The notes: a model not told the origin generated them from the letters alone. Shown: positions 38,050 through 49,267, counted from the stretch's first letter. The stretch: 64,000 nt of DNA from Escherichia coli (GCF_003334815.1 NZ_QOWO01000002.1); one strand, 5' to 3'. Program-made: numbers and translations.

Positions 38050-38304
38050 ATCTCGCCTGGCTTATAGGCCCGTAACTCGCATGGTTTTTATGCAAATACG
38101 GAGTAAATATTTGATTATCCAAATAAAAATAAATTTTAAAAATTAACAAATGAGTTGAATTTTTTCCGCATCCTCCGCTAAAACAGTTAATTAAAAGGGA
38201 GCATCAGGCGAATAAAGTAACAATATCGATCGTATTTATTAAATACAAATTACCGATATTTAACCTTATAATTACAATTATTTTATTAATGCAAATATAT
38301 GTAA

Positions 38305-38330
38305 AGCGGGGCATTAAAAAAACGCCCCGT
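38305..38330 (-). terminator. Probable terminator of ycaO
   Basis: Hairpin gcggggc-attaaaaaaa-cgccccg immediately 3' of ycaO. Confidence 0.4.
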
Positions 38331-38380
38331 AATATAACTCAGACTAATCATTAAGCCTACATTGCGTAGGCTATTTGATT

Positions 38381-40141
38381 TTATTTTGCCCAGAATGCTG
38401 CTTTGGCGCGCTGCAGCTTTTCGTAGGCCTTCAACAACGACTGATGTGCAGCAAACGCGTGCAGATCGCTATCTACCGGTTGCAGGCCGTAAAACGCCGC
38501 TTCGCCGCTCATTGCCGCACTGGCGGCTTCTACGGCATCTGCGCCGTACATGCGAACAAACGCATTCAGATATTGCAGCGGCTGGCGATCTTCTTCCTGT
38601 GCCAGTAATAACAACGTTTGCAGGCAGCGATAATAGTTGGCGCGTTCCGGACTAAATACTGATGAGTTAAACTCCATCGTCCATTCGGTCCAGACCAGAG
38701 CCTGTTCCAGATCGCCACCAGCCAGCGCCAGCATGGCTTTTAATTCACCGATACGCAGGGTGTACCAACCGTTATCCGACCCGGTCGCCAGACCCAACAG
38801 CTCACGCACGCGGGTAAAGTCATCAAAACCTTCTTCATCCAGTTGCTCGATGAGGTTCAGGTAATCTTCTTTTTCCCACTCGCTGCCTGGTAGCGAAAGA
38901 ATCGTTTCACGTAAATGGCTGCCCATACTGTTATTCGCGAGCCACAGATCTTCAGCCGGATAAATATCGGACATGCCAGGCACGATAATACGGCAAGCAT
39001 AAACGCCCAGATGCTCGTAATCGGCAATATAAACTTCTTTATCTTCTTTGTTGAAGATAGCCATCAGTGTGGCGAACTCTTCTTCCGTGGTGCCGGAGAA
39101 ATTCCAGTCCACAAACGGATAATCGGCATCCTGCTTGAACAGGTCCCAGGAGATTAAACCGCTGGAATCGATAAAGTGCGTTTCGAGGTTGGTATGTTCA
39201 GCGACTTCTTCATCATCGAAGGTTGGCGGAGTAAACACATCCAAATCTTTCAGGCCACGACCTTGCAGCAGCTCGGTCACGGTACGTTCCAGTGCTACGC
39301 CAAAATCAGGATGCGCACCGAAAGAGGCAAAGCAGGTACCGTTAGCAGGATTGAACAGTACCACGCAAATCACCGGATACTGGCCGCCAAGCGAACCGTC
39401 ATAAGCGAAGATTGGGAAACCCTCCGCTTCCAGCGTTTCGATGGCTTCAACTACTGCTGGGTAACGCGCCAGCACGTCTGCCGGGATCTCTGGCAGGCTG
39501 ATGCTTTCAGCAATAATGCGGTTTTTCACGTAGCGTTCGAAAACTTCAGACAATCCCTGAACGCGTGCTTCGTTGCGGGTATTACCTGCGGACATACCGT
39601 TGGAGACGTACAGGTTACCAATGATATTCATCGGAATATAAACGGTCTGATTGTCGGACTGACGCGTAAACGGCAGGCCGCAAATACCACGATCTTCGTT
39701 ACCGGATTGTAGGTCAATCAGCATGCTGCCGGTCAGTTCATTCTCCGGATCATAAAACGCGCGCAGACGGTCATCGAGCAGCCCTTCTGGCACATCGTCA
39801 TTTTCGGTCAGTGGGAACCATTTTTCGTTGGGATAATGCACGAACGGACCGTTGGCGATGGTTTCGCCCAGCCAGAAGTCCGCAAAAAAGTAGTTGGTTG
39901 AGAGACGCTCGAAATATTCACCGAGTGCAGAAGCCAGCGCCGCTTTCTTGGTTGCGCCTTTACCGTTGGTAAAACACAGTGCGCACTCTTTGTCGCGAAT
40001 ATGTACAGACCAGACGTTAGGCACGGGATTCAGCCAGGAGGCCTCTTCAATCTGAAAGCCGAGGTCTGAAAGTTTTTGCTGGAAGCGAGCGATGGAATCT
40101 TCCAGAGCGGCATCTTTGCCGGGGATAAATGTTTGCGTCAT
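38381..40141 (-). CDS. ycaO: YcaO-domain protein (ribosomal protein S12 methylthiolation accessory factor)
   Basis: ORF 38381..40174; start placed at MTQTFIPGKDAALEDSIARF (586 aa). Confidence 0.9.
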   Translation of the reverse strand: MTQTFIPGKDAALEDSIARFQQKLSDLGFQIEEASWLNPVPNVWSVHIRDKECALCFTNGKGATKKAALASALGEYFERLSTNYFFADFWLGETIANGPFVHYPNEKWFPLTENDDVPEGLLDDRLRAFYDPENELTGSMLIDLQSGNEDRGICGLPFTRQSDNQTVYIPMNIIGNLYVSNGMSAGNTRNEARVQGLSEVFERYVKNRIIAESISLPEIPADVLARYPAVVEAIETLEAEGFPIFAYDGSLGGQYPVICVVLFNPANGTCFASFGAHPDFGVALERTVTELLQGRGLKDLDVFTPPTFDDEEVAEHTNLETHFIDSSGLISWDLFKQDADYPFVDWNFSGTTEEEFATLMAIFNKEDKEVYIADYEHLGVYACRIIVPGMSDIYPAEDLWLANNSMGSHLRETILSLPGSEWEKEDYLNLIEQLDEEGFDDFTRVRELLGLATGSDNGWYTLRIGELKAMLALAGGDLEQALVWTEWTMEFNSSVFSPERANYYRCLQTLLLLAQEEDRQPLQYLNAFVRMYGADAVEAASAAMSGEAAFYGLQPVDSDLHAFAAHQSLLKAYEKLQRAKAAFWAK

Positions 40142-40270
40142 GAAAATCACTTTAGTCGTACGGAAAGCGCGCAATAATACGGGTTTTATCTCAAAGGCGC
40201 TATCACCGCCGCCATGCCGATGAACTGTTGACTATGCTTTTAGCGGATAAACCACGTTAAGAGCATAAAA

Positions 40271-40963
40271 ATGAAGGCGTTCGATCTCCACCGTATGGCA
40301 TTTGATAAAGTGCCTTTTGATTTCCTTGGCGAAGTTGCACTACGTAGTCTTTATACCTTTGTACTGGTCTTTTTGTTCCTCAAAATGACCGGAAGACGCG
40401 GTGTGCGGCAGATGTCGCTGTTTGAAGTTTTAATCATTCTGACGCTGGGATCAGCGGCGGGAGATGTGGCGTTTTATGATGATGTGCCGATGGTCCCGGT
40501 ACTTATCGTCTTTATTACTCTGGCGTTGTTATACCGCCTGGTAATGTGGTTGATGGCGCACAGTGAAAAACTGGAAGATCTTCTGGAAGGCAAGCCAGTT
40601 GTCATTATTGAAGATGGCGAGCTGGCCTGGTCGAAACTCAATAACTCCAACATGACGGAATTTGAGTTCTTTATGGAGCTACGATTGCGTGGCGTGGAGC
40701 AGCTGGGGCAGGTACGTCTGGCGATTCTCGAAACCAACGGGCAAATCAGTGTCTATTTCTTTGAAGATGACAAGGTGAAACCGGGTTTACTTATTTTACC
40801 CAGTGATTGTACGCAGCGTTACAAAGTGGTGCCGGAGTCGGCGGACTATGCCTGTATTCGTTGTAGTGAAATCATTCATATGAAAGCGGGGGAAAAACAA
40901 TTATGTCCGCGCTGTGCAAATCCAGAATGGACGAAGGCAAGTCGGGCAAAACGGGTGACCTGA
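40271..40963 (+). CDS. ycaP: DUF421 inner-membrane protein YcaP
   Basis: 230-aa ORF recognised as YcaP. Confidence 0.85.
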   Translation: MKAFDLHRMAFDKVPFDFLGEVALRSLYTFVLVFLFLKMTGRRGVRQMSLFEVLIILTLGSAAGDVAFYDDVPMVPVLIVFITLALLYRLVMWLMAHSEKLEDLLEGKPVVIIEDGELAWSKLNNSNMTEFEFFMELRLRGVEQLGQVRLAILETNGQISVYFFEDDKVKPGLLILPSDCTQRYKVVPESADYACIRCSEIIHMKAGEKQLCPRCANPEWTKASRAKRVT

Positions 40964-41161
40964 CAGTAAAAACATCGGCTTTTTGCTAATAATCCGAGAG
41001 ATTCTTTTGTGTGATGCAAGCCACATTTTTGCCCTCAACGGTTTTACTCATTGCGATGTGTGTCACTGAATGATAAAACCGATAGCCACAGGAATAATGT
41101 ATTACCTGTGGTCGCAATCGATTGACCGCGGGTTAATAGCAACGCAACGTGGTGAGGGGAA

Positions 41162-42250
41162 ATGGCTCAAATCTTCAATTTTAGTTCTGGTCCGGCAATG
41201 CTACCGGCAGAGGTGCTTAAACAGGCTCAACAGGAACTGCGCGACTGGAACGGTCTTGGTACGTCGGTGATGGAAGTGAGTCACCGTGGCAAAGAGTTCA
41301 TTCAGGTTGCAGAGGAAGCCGAGAAGGATTTTCGCGATCTTCTTAATGTCCCCTCCAACTACAAGGTATTATTCTGCCATGGCGGTGGTCGCGGTCAGTT
41401 TGCTGCGGTACCGCTGAATATTCTCGGTGATAAAACCACCGCAGATTATGTTGATGCCGGTTACTGGGCGGCAAGTGCCATTAAAGAAGCGAAAAAATAC
41501 TGCACGCCTAATGTCTTTGACGCCAAAGTGACTGTTGATGGTCTGCGCGCGGTTAAGCCAATGCGTGAATGGCAACTCTCTGATAATGCTGCTTATATGC
41601 ATTATTGCCCGAATGAAACCATCGATGGTATCGCCATCGACGAAACGCCAGACTTCGGCGCAGATGTGGTGGTCGCCGCTGACTTCTCTTCAACCATTCT
41701 TTCCCGTCCGATTGACGTCAGCCGTTATGGTGTAATTTACGCTGGCGCGCAGAAAAATATCGGCCCGGCTGGCCTGACAATCGTCATCGTTCGTGAAGAT
41801 TTGCTGGGCAAAGCGAATATCGCGTGTCCGTCGATTCTGGATTATTCCATCCTCAACGATAACGGCTCCATGTTTAACACGCCGCCGACATTTGCCTGGT
41901 ATCTATCTGGTCTGGTCTTTAAATGGCTGAAAGCGAACGGCGGTGTAGCTGAAATGGATAAAATCAATCAGCAAAAAGCAGAACTGCTATATGGGGTGAT
42001 TGATAACAGCGATTTCTACCGCAATGACGTGGCGAAAGCTAACCGTTCGCGGATGAACGTGCCGTTCCAGTTGGCGGACAGTGCGCTTGACAAATTGTTC
42101 CTTGAAGAGTCTTTTGCTGCTGGCCTTCATGCACTGAAAGGTCACCGTGTGGTCGGCGGAATGCGCGCTTCTATTTATAACGCCATGCCGCTGGAAGGCG
42201 TTAAAGCGCTGACAGACTTCATGGTTGAGTTCGAACGCCGTCACGGTTAA
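41162..42250 (+). CDS. serC: Phosphoserine/phosphohydroxythreonine aminotransferase
   Basis: 362-aa [29 protein letters not shown]...; PLP-dependent class V aminotransferase. Confidence 0.96.
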   Translation: MAQIFNFSSGPAMLPAEVLKQAQQELRDWNGLGTSVMEVSHRGKEFIQVAEEAEKDFRDLLNVPSNYKVLFCHGGGRGQFAAVPLNILGDKTTADYVDAGYWAASAIKEAKKYCTPNVFDAKVTVDGLRAVKPMREWQLSDNAAYMHYCPNETIDGIAIDETPDFGADVVVAADFSSTILSRPIDVSRYGVIYAGAQKNIGPAGLTIVIVREDLLGKANIACPSILDYSILNDNGSMFNTPPTFAWYLSGLVFKWLKANGGVAEMDKINQQKAELLYGVIDNSDFYRNDVAKANRSRMNVPFQLADSALDKLFLEESFAAGLHALKGHRVVGGMRASIYNAMPLEGVKALTDFMVEFERRHG

Positions 42251-42269
42251 TGCCGAAATTTTGCTTAAT

Positions 42270-42295
42270 CCCCACAGCCAGCCTGTGGGGTTTTT
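42270..42295 (+). terminator. Intercistronic hairpin/attenuator between serC and aroA
   Basis: ccccacag-ccagc-ctgtgggg followed by TTTTTATTT. Confidence 0.5.
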
Positions 42296-42320
42296 ATTTC
42301 TGTTGTAGAGAGTTGAGTTC

Positions 42321-43604
42321 ATGGAATCCCTGACGTTACAACCCATCGCTCGTGTCGATGGCACTATTAATCTGCCCGGTTCCAAGAGCGTTTCTAACCG
42401 CGCTTTATTGCTGGCGGCATTAGCACACGGCAAAACAGTATTAACCAATCTGCTGGATAGCGATGACGTGCGCCATATGCTGAATGCATTAACAGCGTTA
42501 GGGGTAAGCTATACGCTTTCAGCCGATCGTACGCGTTGCGAAATTATCGGTAACGGCGGTCCATTACACGCAGAAGGTGCCCTGGAGTTGTTCCTCGGTA
42601 ACGCCGGAACGGCAATGCGTCCGCTGGCGGCAGCTCTTTGTCTGGGTAGCAATGATATTGTGCTGACCGGTGAGCCGCGTATGAAAGAACGCCCGATTGG
42701 TCATCTGGTGGATGCGCTGCGCCTGGGCGGGGCGAAGATCACTTACCTGGAACAAGAAAATTATCCGCCGTTGCGTTTACAGGGCGGCTTTACTGGCGGC
42801 AACGTTGACGTTGATGGCTCCGTTTCCAGCCAATTCCTCACCGCACTGTTAATGACTGCGCCTCTTGCGCCGGAAGATACGGTGATTCGTATTAAAGGCG
42901 ATCTGGTTTCTAAACCTTATATCGACATCACACTCAATCTGATGAAGACGTTTGGTGTTGAAATTGAAAATCAGCACTATCAACAATTTGTCGTAAAAGG
43001 CGGGCAGTCTTATCAGTCTCCGGGTACTTATTTGGTCGAAGGCGATGCATCTTCGGCTTCTTACTTTCTGGCAGCAGCAGCAATCAAAGGCGGCACTGTA
43101 AAAGTGACCGGTATTGGACGTAACAGTATGCAGGGTGATATTCGCTTTGCTGATGTGCTGGAAAAAATGGGCGCGACCATTTGCTGGGGCGATGATTATA
43201 TTTCCTGCACGCGTGGTGAACTGAACGCTATTGATATGGATATGAACCATATTCCTGATGCGGCGATGACCATTGCCACGGCGGCGTTATTTGCAAAAGG
43301 CACCACCACGCTGCGCAATATCTATAACTGGCGTGTTAAAGAGACCGATCGCCTGTTTGCGATGGCAACAGAACTGCGTAAAGTCGGCGCGGAAGTGGAA
43401 GAGGGGCACGATTACATTCGTATCACTCCTCCGGAAAAACTGAACTTTGCCGAGATCGCGACATACAATGATCACCGGATGGCGATGTGTTTCTCGCTGG
43501 TGGCGTTGTCAGATACACCAGTGACGATTCTTGATCCCAAATGCACGGCCAAAACATTTCCGGATTATTTCGAGCAGCTGGCGCGGATTAGCCAGGCAGC
43601 CTGA
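42321..43604 (+). CDS. aroA: 3-phosphoshikimate 1-carboxyvinyltransferase (EPSP synthase)
   Basis: 427-aa [38 protein letters not shown]... Confidence 0.96.
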   Translation: MESLTLQPIARVDGTINLPGSKSVSNRALLLAALAHGKTVLTNLLDSDDVRHMLNALTALGVSYTLSADRTRCEIIGNGGPLHAEGALELFLGNAGTAMRPLAAALCLGSNDIVLTGEPRMKERPIGHLVDALRLGGAKITYLEQENYPPLRLQGGFTGGNVDVDGSVSSQFLTALLMTAPLAPEDTVIRIKGDLVSKPYIDITLNLMKTFGVEIENQHYQQFVVKGGQSYQSPGTYLVEGDASSASYFLAAAAIKGGTVKVTGIGRNSMQGDIRFADVLEKMGATICWGDDYISCTRGELNAIDMDMNHIPDAAMTIATAALFAKGTTTLRNIYNWRVKETDRLFAMATELRKVGAEVEEGHDYIRITPPEKLNFAEIATYNDHRMAMCFSLVALSDTPVTILDPKCTAKTFPDYFEQLARISQAA

Positions 43605-43650
43605 ATGAACAACGGGCAATAAATAGCCAAATCTTTCTTTATCAAAACGT

Positions 43651-43663
43651 CGGCACATTGTCG
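43651..43663. repeat. Left copy of 13-bp target-site duplication (cggcacattgtcg) flanking IS4
   Basis: Identical 13-mer directly abuts both IS4 termini (43651-43663 and 45090-45102). Confidence 0.85.
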
Positions 43664-45089
43664 TAATGCCAGTCAGTTAAGCAACTGACTGGCTCTTTTT
43701 CGGGGCTGTGGGGTATTTCCAGGGCCTCTCCTTTACCACTCTCGGGAAGGCCCTTTCCCTTCTTGTCGGTAATTTCACAAGTTGTCCCATACTTGCAAGA
43801 TCGCGCATCAGCTCCGGTATACGTCCCGGTGAAGCGCCCTGCAATGTCATCAGCATTCTCATCACCATTCCGCATGATTCTGAGAAACTCAGTTGATTCG
43901 GCCAGTAACCTTTCAGATGTTCCGCCATTTTAATTATCTGATATCTCACCAGATTATAAGCCAGTAAGACACCCCACAGCTCTTGCTCCACAAGCTCCGG
44001 TTTTTTACTTCTCAGCGTCAGCCTGCTCAGTTGCATCGTCTGTTTTATCTCCCTGTATCCCAGTTCGATTTCCCAGCGATGACTGTACAGATCCGCCATT
44101 TCTCCTCCGGGGAAGCGCATGGCGTCCGTCATCGACGTCAGCAGATGGCAGACTTTTCCTTTGCGCGTCACGGTCAGCAGGCGGGCAGTCACTTCATTTC
44201 CCAGTCCCGGCCACTTTTTTCGTGCCTGCGGGCTGGTTTTCAGCTTCACCAGATGATCGCCTTTACCCAGTTTTCTGATCTCTTCATATTGCGCTCCCTT
44301 TCTGAGAGGTATCATCCAGTGGCGGTGTTCTCCCGCCAGGCTCCAGGCATTTAACAGTCCCAGTGAGTAATAACCTTTATCCATTAACGTCAGAGTGTTA
44401 TCGCCGGTTTGTTCTATAAGTTGCTCAGCAAGCTCATTTTCGCTGTTCTTCATCGTGCCGAAGGCTGCAGCCGTCAGCAGATGGCTGGTCAGTTCCATCT
44501 GGCAGACCATTTTGACCTGCGGGTAGAGCGCCGGGTTCCCGGCATGTGTCTGGCGGGGGAAGGCTGCATCGTTCTCTGGTGTATCCGGTGTGCGCCAGAA
44601 CACACCATCGATGGCCAGCAGGGTCAGGCCGCACCAGTGCGGATGCGGCGTGGCGTTATGCCAGAGCTGCGCTGTTTTCGTGAACACGCGGCGGACAGCC
44701 TCACTTCCCAGGCGCTGGCGGGCCTGAATAACGGCACTGGGGGCAACGAAGGGGCGATTGCCCGGCAGCATGATGTCCAGGCGATTCACAATCTGGTGAA
44801 GAGGTTCTTTACGCTCAAGCGCCATGCCAACAATACACCAGACCATCATTTCGAGGGGAAGACGGCGCTTGCGTAGCGTTACAGTACCTGATTCGGCAAG
44901 GCAACGAGAGATGAGTTCGGGGTCGAGGTAATCCCCCAGAGAAGTCAGTGGGTTACGCAGAGAATCGTAACGGGATACCAGATCAAGAGCCTGTCCAATG
45001 TGCATAAAAAAATCCGGAAACAAGTGAGCGTTTCCGGATTCTTACACAGCCACTGGATCGGTCAACTGATCCTTAACTGATCGGCATTA
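43664..45089 (-). mobile_element. IS4: Insertion sequence IS4 (1426 bp), complete
   Basis: Encodes the IS4 transposase InsG; 18-bp imperfect terminal inverted repeats taatgccagtcagttaag and taatgccgatcagttaag (16/18); length 1426 bp; 13-bp direct duplication of target. Confidence 0.92.
43677..45005 (-). CDS. insG: IS4 transposase (DDE family)
   Basis: ORF 43677..45023; start placed at [24 protein letters not shown] (442 aa); recognised as IS4 InsG. Confidence 0.93.
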   Translation of the reverse strand: MHIGQALDLVSRYDSLRNPLTSLGDYLDPELISRCLAESGTVTLRKRRLPLEMMVWCIVGMALERKEPLHQIVNRLDIMLPGNRPFVAPSAVIQARQRLGSEAVRRVFTKTAQLWHNATPHPHWCGLTLLAIDGVFWRTPDTPENDAAFPRQTHAGNPALYPQVKMVCQMELTSHLLTAAAFGTMKNSENELAEQLIEQTGDNTLTLMDKGYYSLGLLNAWSLAGEHRHWMIPLRKGAQYEEIRKLGKGDHLVKLKTSPQARKKWPGLGNEVTARLLTVTRKGKVCHLLTSMTDAMRFPGGEMADLYSHRWEIELGYREIKQTMQLSRLTLRSKKPELVEQELWGVLLAYNLVRYQIIKMAEHLKGYWPNQLSFSESCGMVMRMLMTLQGASPGRIPELMRDLASMGQLVKLPTRRERAFPRVVKERPWKYPTAPKKSQSVA

Positions 45090-45102
45090 CGGCACATTGT
45101 CG
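45090..45102. repeat. Right copy of 13-bp target-site duplication (cggcacattgtcg) flanking IS4
   Basis: Identical to 43651-43663; followed by gcgtttttttt, the 3' remainder of the interrupted aroA terminator. Confidence 0.85.
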
Positions 45103-45211
45103 GCGTTTTTTTTCGGACCTTGTGAGTCATTTTGATTAATGGTAGCGTCGCTTGTCAATGTAAGTTGTTGATACATAATATTTATATATGATTAATCAAC
45201 GGATGATTCAC

Positions 45212-45976
45212 ATGAAGAATACTAAATTACTGCTGGCGATTGCGACCTCTGCAGCATTACTGACAGGGTGTCAAAATACCCACGGTATTGATACCAATAT
45301 GGCTATCAGCTCCGGTTTAAATGCCTATAAAGCAGCAACATTAAGCGATGCCGATGCAAAAGCGATTGCCAATCAGGGCTGTGCCGAAATGGACAGCGGC
45401 AATCAAGTCGCAAGTAAATCCAGCAAGTACGGTAAACGTCTGGCAAAAATCGCCAAAGCATTGGGTAACAATATTAATGGCACGCCGGTCAACTATAAGG
45501 TTTATATGACCAGCGACGTCAACGCATGGGCGATGGCGAACGGCTGTGTTCGTGTCTACAGTGGCCTGATGGACATGATGAATGACAACGAAATTGAAGG
45601 CGTTCTGGGCCATGAACTGGGCCACGTCGCGTTGGGTCACTCGCTGGCTGAAATGAAAGCTTCTTATGCGATCGTTGCCGCACGCGATGCCATTTCAGCT
45701 ACCAGCGGTGTGGCTTCCCAGCTTTCCCGCTCACAATTAGGTGATATCGCAGAAGGCGCTATCAATGCTAAATACTCCCGTGATAAAGAGTCCGAAGCAG
45801 ATGATTTCTCCTTTGATCTGTTGAAGAAACGTGGCATCAGCACCCAGGGGCTGGTTGGCAGCTTTGAAAAACTGGCTAGCCTGGATGGCGGTCGCACCCA
45901 GTCCATGTTTGACTCTCACCCACCATCAACAGAGCGTGCGCAACACATCCGTGATCGTATCGCCTCTGGTAAGTAA
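45212..45976 (+). CDS. loiP: M48-family metalloprotease lipoprotein YcaL (LoiP)
   Basis: ORF 45188..45976; start placed at MKNTKLLLAIATSAALLTGCQ (lipobox); HELGH zinc motif. Confidence 0.9.
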   Translation: MKNTKLLLAIATSAALLTGCQNTHGIDTNMAISSGLNAYKAATLSDADAKAIANQGCAEMDSGNQVASKSSKYGKRLAKIAKALGNNINGTPVNYKVYMTSDVNAWAMANGCVRVYSGLMDMMNDNEIEGVLGHELGHVALGHSLAEMKASYAIVAARDAISATSGVASQLSRSQLGDIAEGAINAKYSRDKESEADDFSFDLLKKRGISTQGLVGSFEKLASLDGGRTQSMFDSHPPSTERAQHIRDRIASGK

Positions 45977-45991
45977 ATCATTGTCATCTTT

Positions 45992-46014
45992 CGGGCTGGT
46001 CTTCTGCCAGCCCG
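45992..46014 (+). terminator. Possible terminator hairpin after ycaL
   Basis: cgggctgg-tcttctg-ccagcccg; no strong T-run, so weak. Confidence 0.35.
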
Positions 46015-46148
46015 CTATAATTGCGCAATAAATCCCCATCTGAATACAGACAAAACTGGTTTTTGCACACAACGTTAACGATTTGTGGCGTCGGCGCGTA
46101 TAATGCGCGCGGTTATGTTAACGGTACGCCTGTTTTAAGGAGATAAAG

Positions 46149-46832
46149 ATGACGGCAATTGCCCCGGTTATTACCATTGATGGCCCAAGCGGTGCAGGGA
46201 AAGGCACCTTGTGTAAGGCTATGGCGGAAGCGTTGCAATGGCATCTGCTGGACTCGGGTGCAATTTATCGCGTACTGGCATTGGCGGCATTACATCACCA
46301 TGTTGATGTTGCGTCGGAAGATGCGCTGGTACCGCTGGCATCCCATCTGGATGTACGTTTTGTGTCGACCAATGGCAATCTGGAAGTGATCCTCGAAGGG
46401 GAAGATGTCAGCGGCGAAATTCGTACTCAGGAAGTGGCGAATGCAGCTTCACAAGTCGCGGCATTCCCACGCGTTCGTGAAGCATTATTGCGTCGCCAAC
46501 GCGCGTTTCGCGAATTACCAGGTCTGATTGCCGATGGCCGCGACATGGGAACGGTGGTATTCCCTGATGCACCAGTGAAAATTTTCCTTGACGCCTCCTC
46601 GGAAGAACGTGCGCATCGCCGCATGCTACAGTTGCAGGAGAAGGGCTTTAGTGTTAACTTTGAGCGCCTTTTGGCCGAGATCAAAGAACGCGACGACCGC
46701 GATCGTAACCGAGCGGTAGCGCCACTGGTTCCGGCAGCCGATGCTTTAGTGTTGGATTCCACCACCTTAAGCATTGAGCAAGTGATTGAAAAAGCGCTAC
46801 AATACGCGCGCCAGAAATTGGCTCTCGCATAA
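46149..46832 (+). CDS. cmk: Cytidylate kinase
   Basis: 227-aa ORF; P-loop GPSGAGKGT. Confidence 0.95.
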
Positions 46833-46942
46833 GCGACCGAATTTGCAGTACCCCCGTTGCAATGGAATGACAGCGGGTATGTTAAACAACCCCATCCGGC
46901 ATGGAGCCAGGTGGACGTTAAATATAAACCTGAAGATTAAAC

Positions 46943-48616
46943 ATGACTGAATCTTTTGCTCAACTCTTTGAAGAGTCCTTAAAAGAAATCGAAACCCGCC
47001 CGGGTTCTATCGTTCGTGGCGTTGTTGTTGCTATCGACAAAGACGTAGTACTGGTTGACGCTGGTCTGAAATCTGAGTCCGCCATCCCGGCTGAGCAGTT
47101 CAAAAACGCCCAGGGCGAGCTGGAAATCCAGGTAGGTGACGAAGTTGACGTTGCTCTGGACGCAGTAGAAGACGGCTTCGGTGAAACTCTGCTGTCCCGT
47201 GAGAAAGCTAAACGTCACGAAGCCTGGATCACGCTGGAAAAAGCTTACGAAGATGCTGAAACTGTTACCGGTGTTATCAACGGCAAAGTTAAGGGCGGCT
47301 TCACTGTTGAGCTGAACGGTATTCGTGCGTTCCTGCCAGGTTCTCTGGTAGACGTTCGTCCGGTGCGTGACACTCTGCACCTGGAAGGCAAAGAGCTTGA
47401 ATTTAAAGTAATCAAGCTGGATCAGAAGCGCAACAACGTTGTTGTTTCTCGTCGTGCCGTTATCGAATCCGAAAACAGCGCAGAGCGCGATCAGCTGCTG
47501 GAAAACCTGCAGGAAGGCATGGAAGTTAAAGGTATCGTTAAGAACCTCACTGACTACGGTGCATTCGTTGATCTGGGCGGCGTTGACGGCCTGCTGCACA
47601 TCACTGACATGGCCTGGAAACGCGTTAAGCATCCGAGCGAAATCGTCAACGTGGGCGACGAAATCACTGTTAAAGTGCTGAAGTTCGACCGCGAACGTAC
47701 CCGTGTATCCCTGGGCCTGAAACAGCTGGGCGAAGATCCGTGGGTAGCTATCGCTAAACGTTATCCGGAAGGTACCAAACTGACTGGTCGCGTGACCAAC
47801 CTGACCGACTACGGCTGCTTCGTTGAAATCGAAGAAGGCGTTGAAGGCCTGGTACACGTTTCCGAAATGGATTGGACCAACAAAAACATCCACCCGTCCA
47901 AAGTTGTTAACGTTGGCGATGTAGTGGAAGTTATGGTTCTGGATATCGACGAAGAACGTCGTCGTATCTCCCTGGGTCTGAAACAGTGCAAAGCTAACCC
48001 GTGGCAGCAGTTCGCGGAAACCCACAACAAGGGCGACCGTGTTGAAGGTAAAATCAAGTCTATCACTGACTTCGGTATCTTCATCGGCCTGGACGGCGGC
48101 ATCGACGGCCTGGTTCACCTGTCTGACATCTCCTGGAACGTTGCAGGCGAAGAAGCAGTTCGTGAATACAAAAAAGGCGACGAAATCGCTGCAGTTGTTC
48201 TGCAGGTTGACGCAGAACGTGAACGTATCTCCCTGGGCGTTAAACAGCTCGCAGAAGATCCGTTCAACAACTGGGTTGCTCTGAACAAGAAAGGCGCTAT
48301 CGTAACCGGTAAAGTAACTGCAGTTGACGCTAAAGGCGCAACCGTAGAACTGGCTGACGGCGTTGAAGGTTACCTGCGTGCTTCTGAAGCATCCCGTGAC
48401 CGCGTTGAAGACGCTACCCTGGTTCTGAGCGTTGGCGACGAAGTTGAAGCTAAATTCACCGGCGTTGATCGTAAAAACCGCGCAATCAGCCTGTCTGTTC
48501 GTGCGAAAGACGAAGCTGACGAGAAAGATGCAATCGCAACTGTTAACAAACAGGAAGATGCAAACTTCTCCAACAACGCAATGGCTGAAGCTTTCAAAGC
48601 AGCTAAAGGCGAGTAA
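46943..48616 (+). CDS. rpsA: 30S ribosomal protein S1
   Basis: 557-aa ORF with six S1 repeats; highly biased codon usage. Confidence 0.97.
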
Positions 48617-48775
48617 TTCTCTGACTCTTCGGGATTTTTATTCCGAAGTTTGTTGAGTTTACTTGACAGATTGCAGGTTTCGTCCTGTAATCAAGCACTA
48701 AGGGCGGCTACGGCCGCCCTTAATCAATGCAGCAACAGCAGCCGCTTAATTTGCCTTTAAGGAACCGGAGGAATC

Positions 48776-49060
48776 ATGACCAAGTCAGAATTGATAGAAA
48801 GACTTGCCACCCAGCAATCGCACATTCCCGCCAAGACGGTTGAAGATGCAGTAAAAGAGATGCTGGAGCATATGGCCTCGACTCTTGCGCAGGGCGAGCG
48901 TATTGAAATCCGCGGTTTCGGCAGTTTCTCTTTGCACTACCGCGCACCACGTACCGGACGTAATCCGAAGACTGGCGATAAAGTAGAACTGGAAGGAAAA
49001 TACGTTCCTCACTTTAAACCTGGTAAAGAACTGCGCGATCGCGCCAATATTTACGGTTAA
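48776..49060 (+). CDS. ihfB: Integration host factor beta subunit
   Basis: 94-aa [36 protein letters not shown]... Confidence 0.96.
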
Positions 49061-49086
49061 GTTTTTTACTCAAACTTGAACGAGAG

Positions 49087-49112
49087 AAAAGCACCTGTCG
49101 GGTGCTTTTTTC
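49087..49112 (+). terminator. Rho-independent terminator of ihfB
   Basis: aaaagcacc-tgtc-gggtgc followed by TTTTTTCATTT. Confidence 0.7.
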
Positions 49113-49267
49113 ATTTCTCTAATCTGGAACTGGAAGCTGCCTCGCAGAGTTTTGAACAGTTTTCACCCTTTCGTTAAATTCTTCTGAATATGCCTCGGGG
49201 AACGCAAAATTCCCACCAGACAACCGCTCAACAAAGTTGCACACTTTCCATAAACAGGGAGGGGTGC

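Noticed and set aside
43708-44876. Plus-strand ORFs (62, 123 and 155 aa) inside IS4
   Set aside because: Antisense to the IS4 transposase gene; IS4 is known as a single-ORF element.
46979-48118. 379-aa minus-strand ORF inside rpsA
   Set aside because: Antisense to ribosomal protein S1, whose six S1 repeats are clear in the plus frame; long antisense ORFs are common opposite strongly codon-biased genes.
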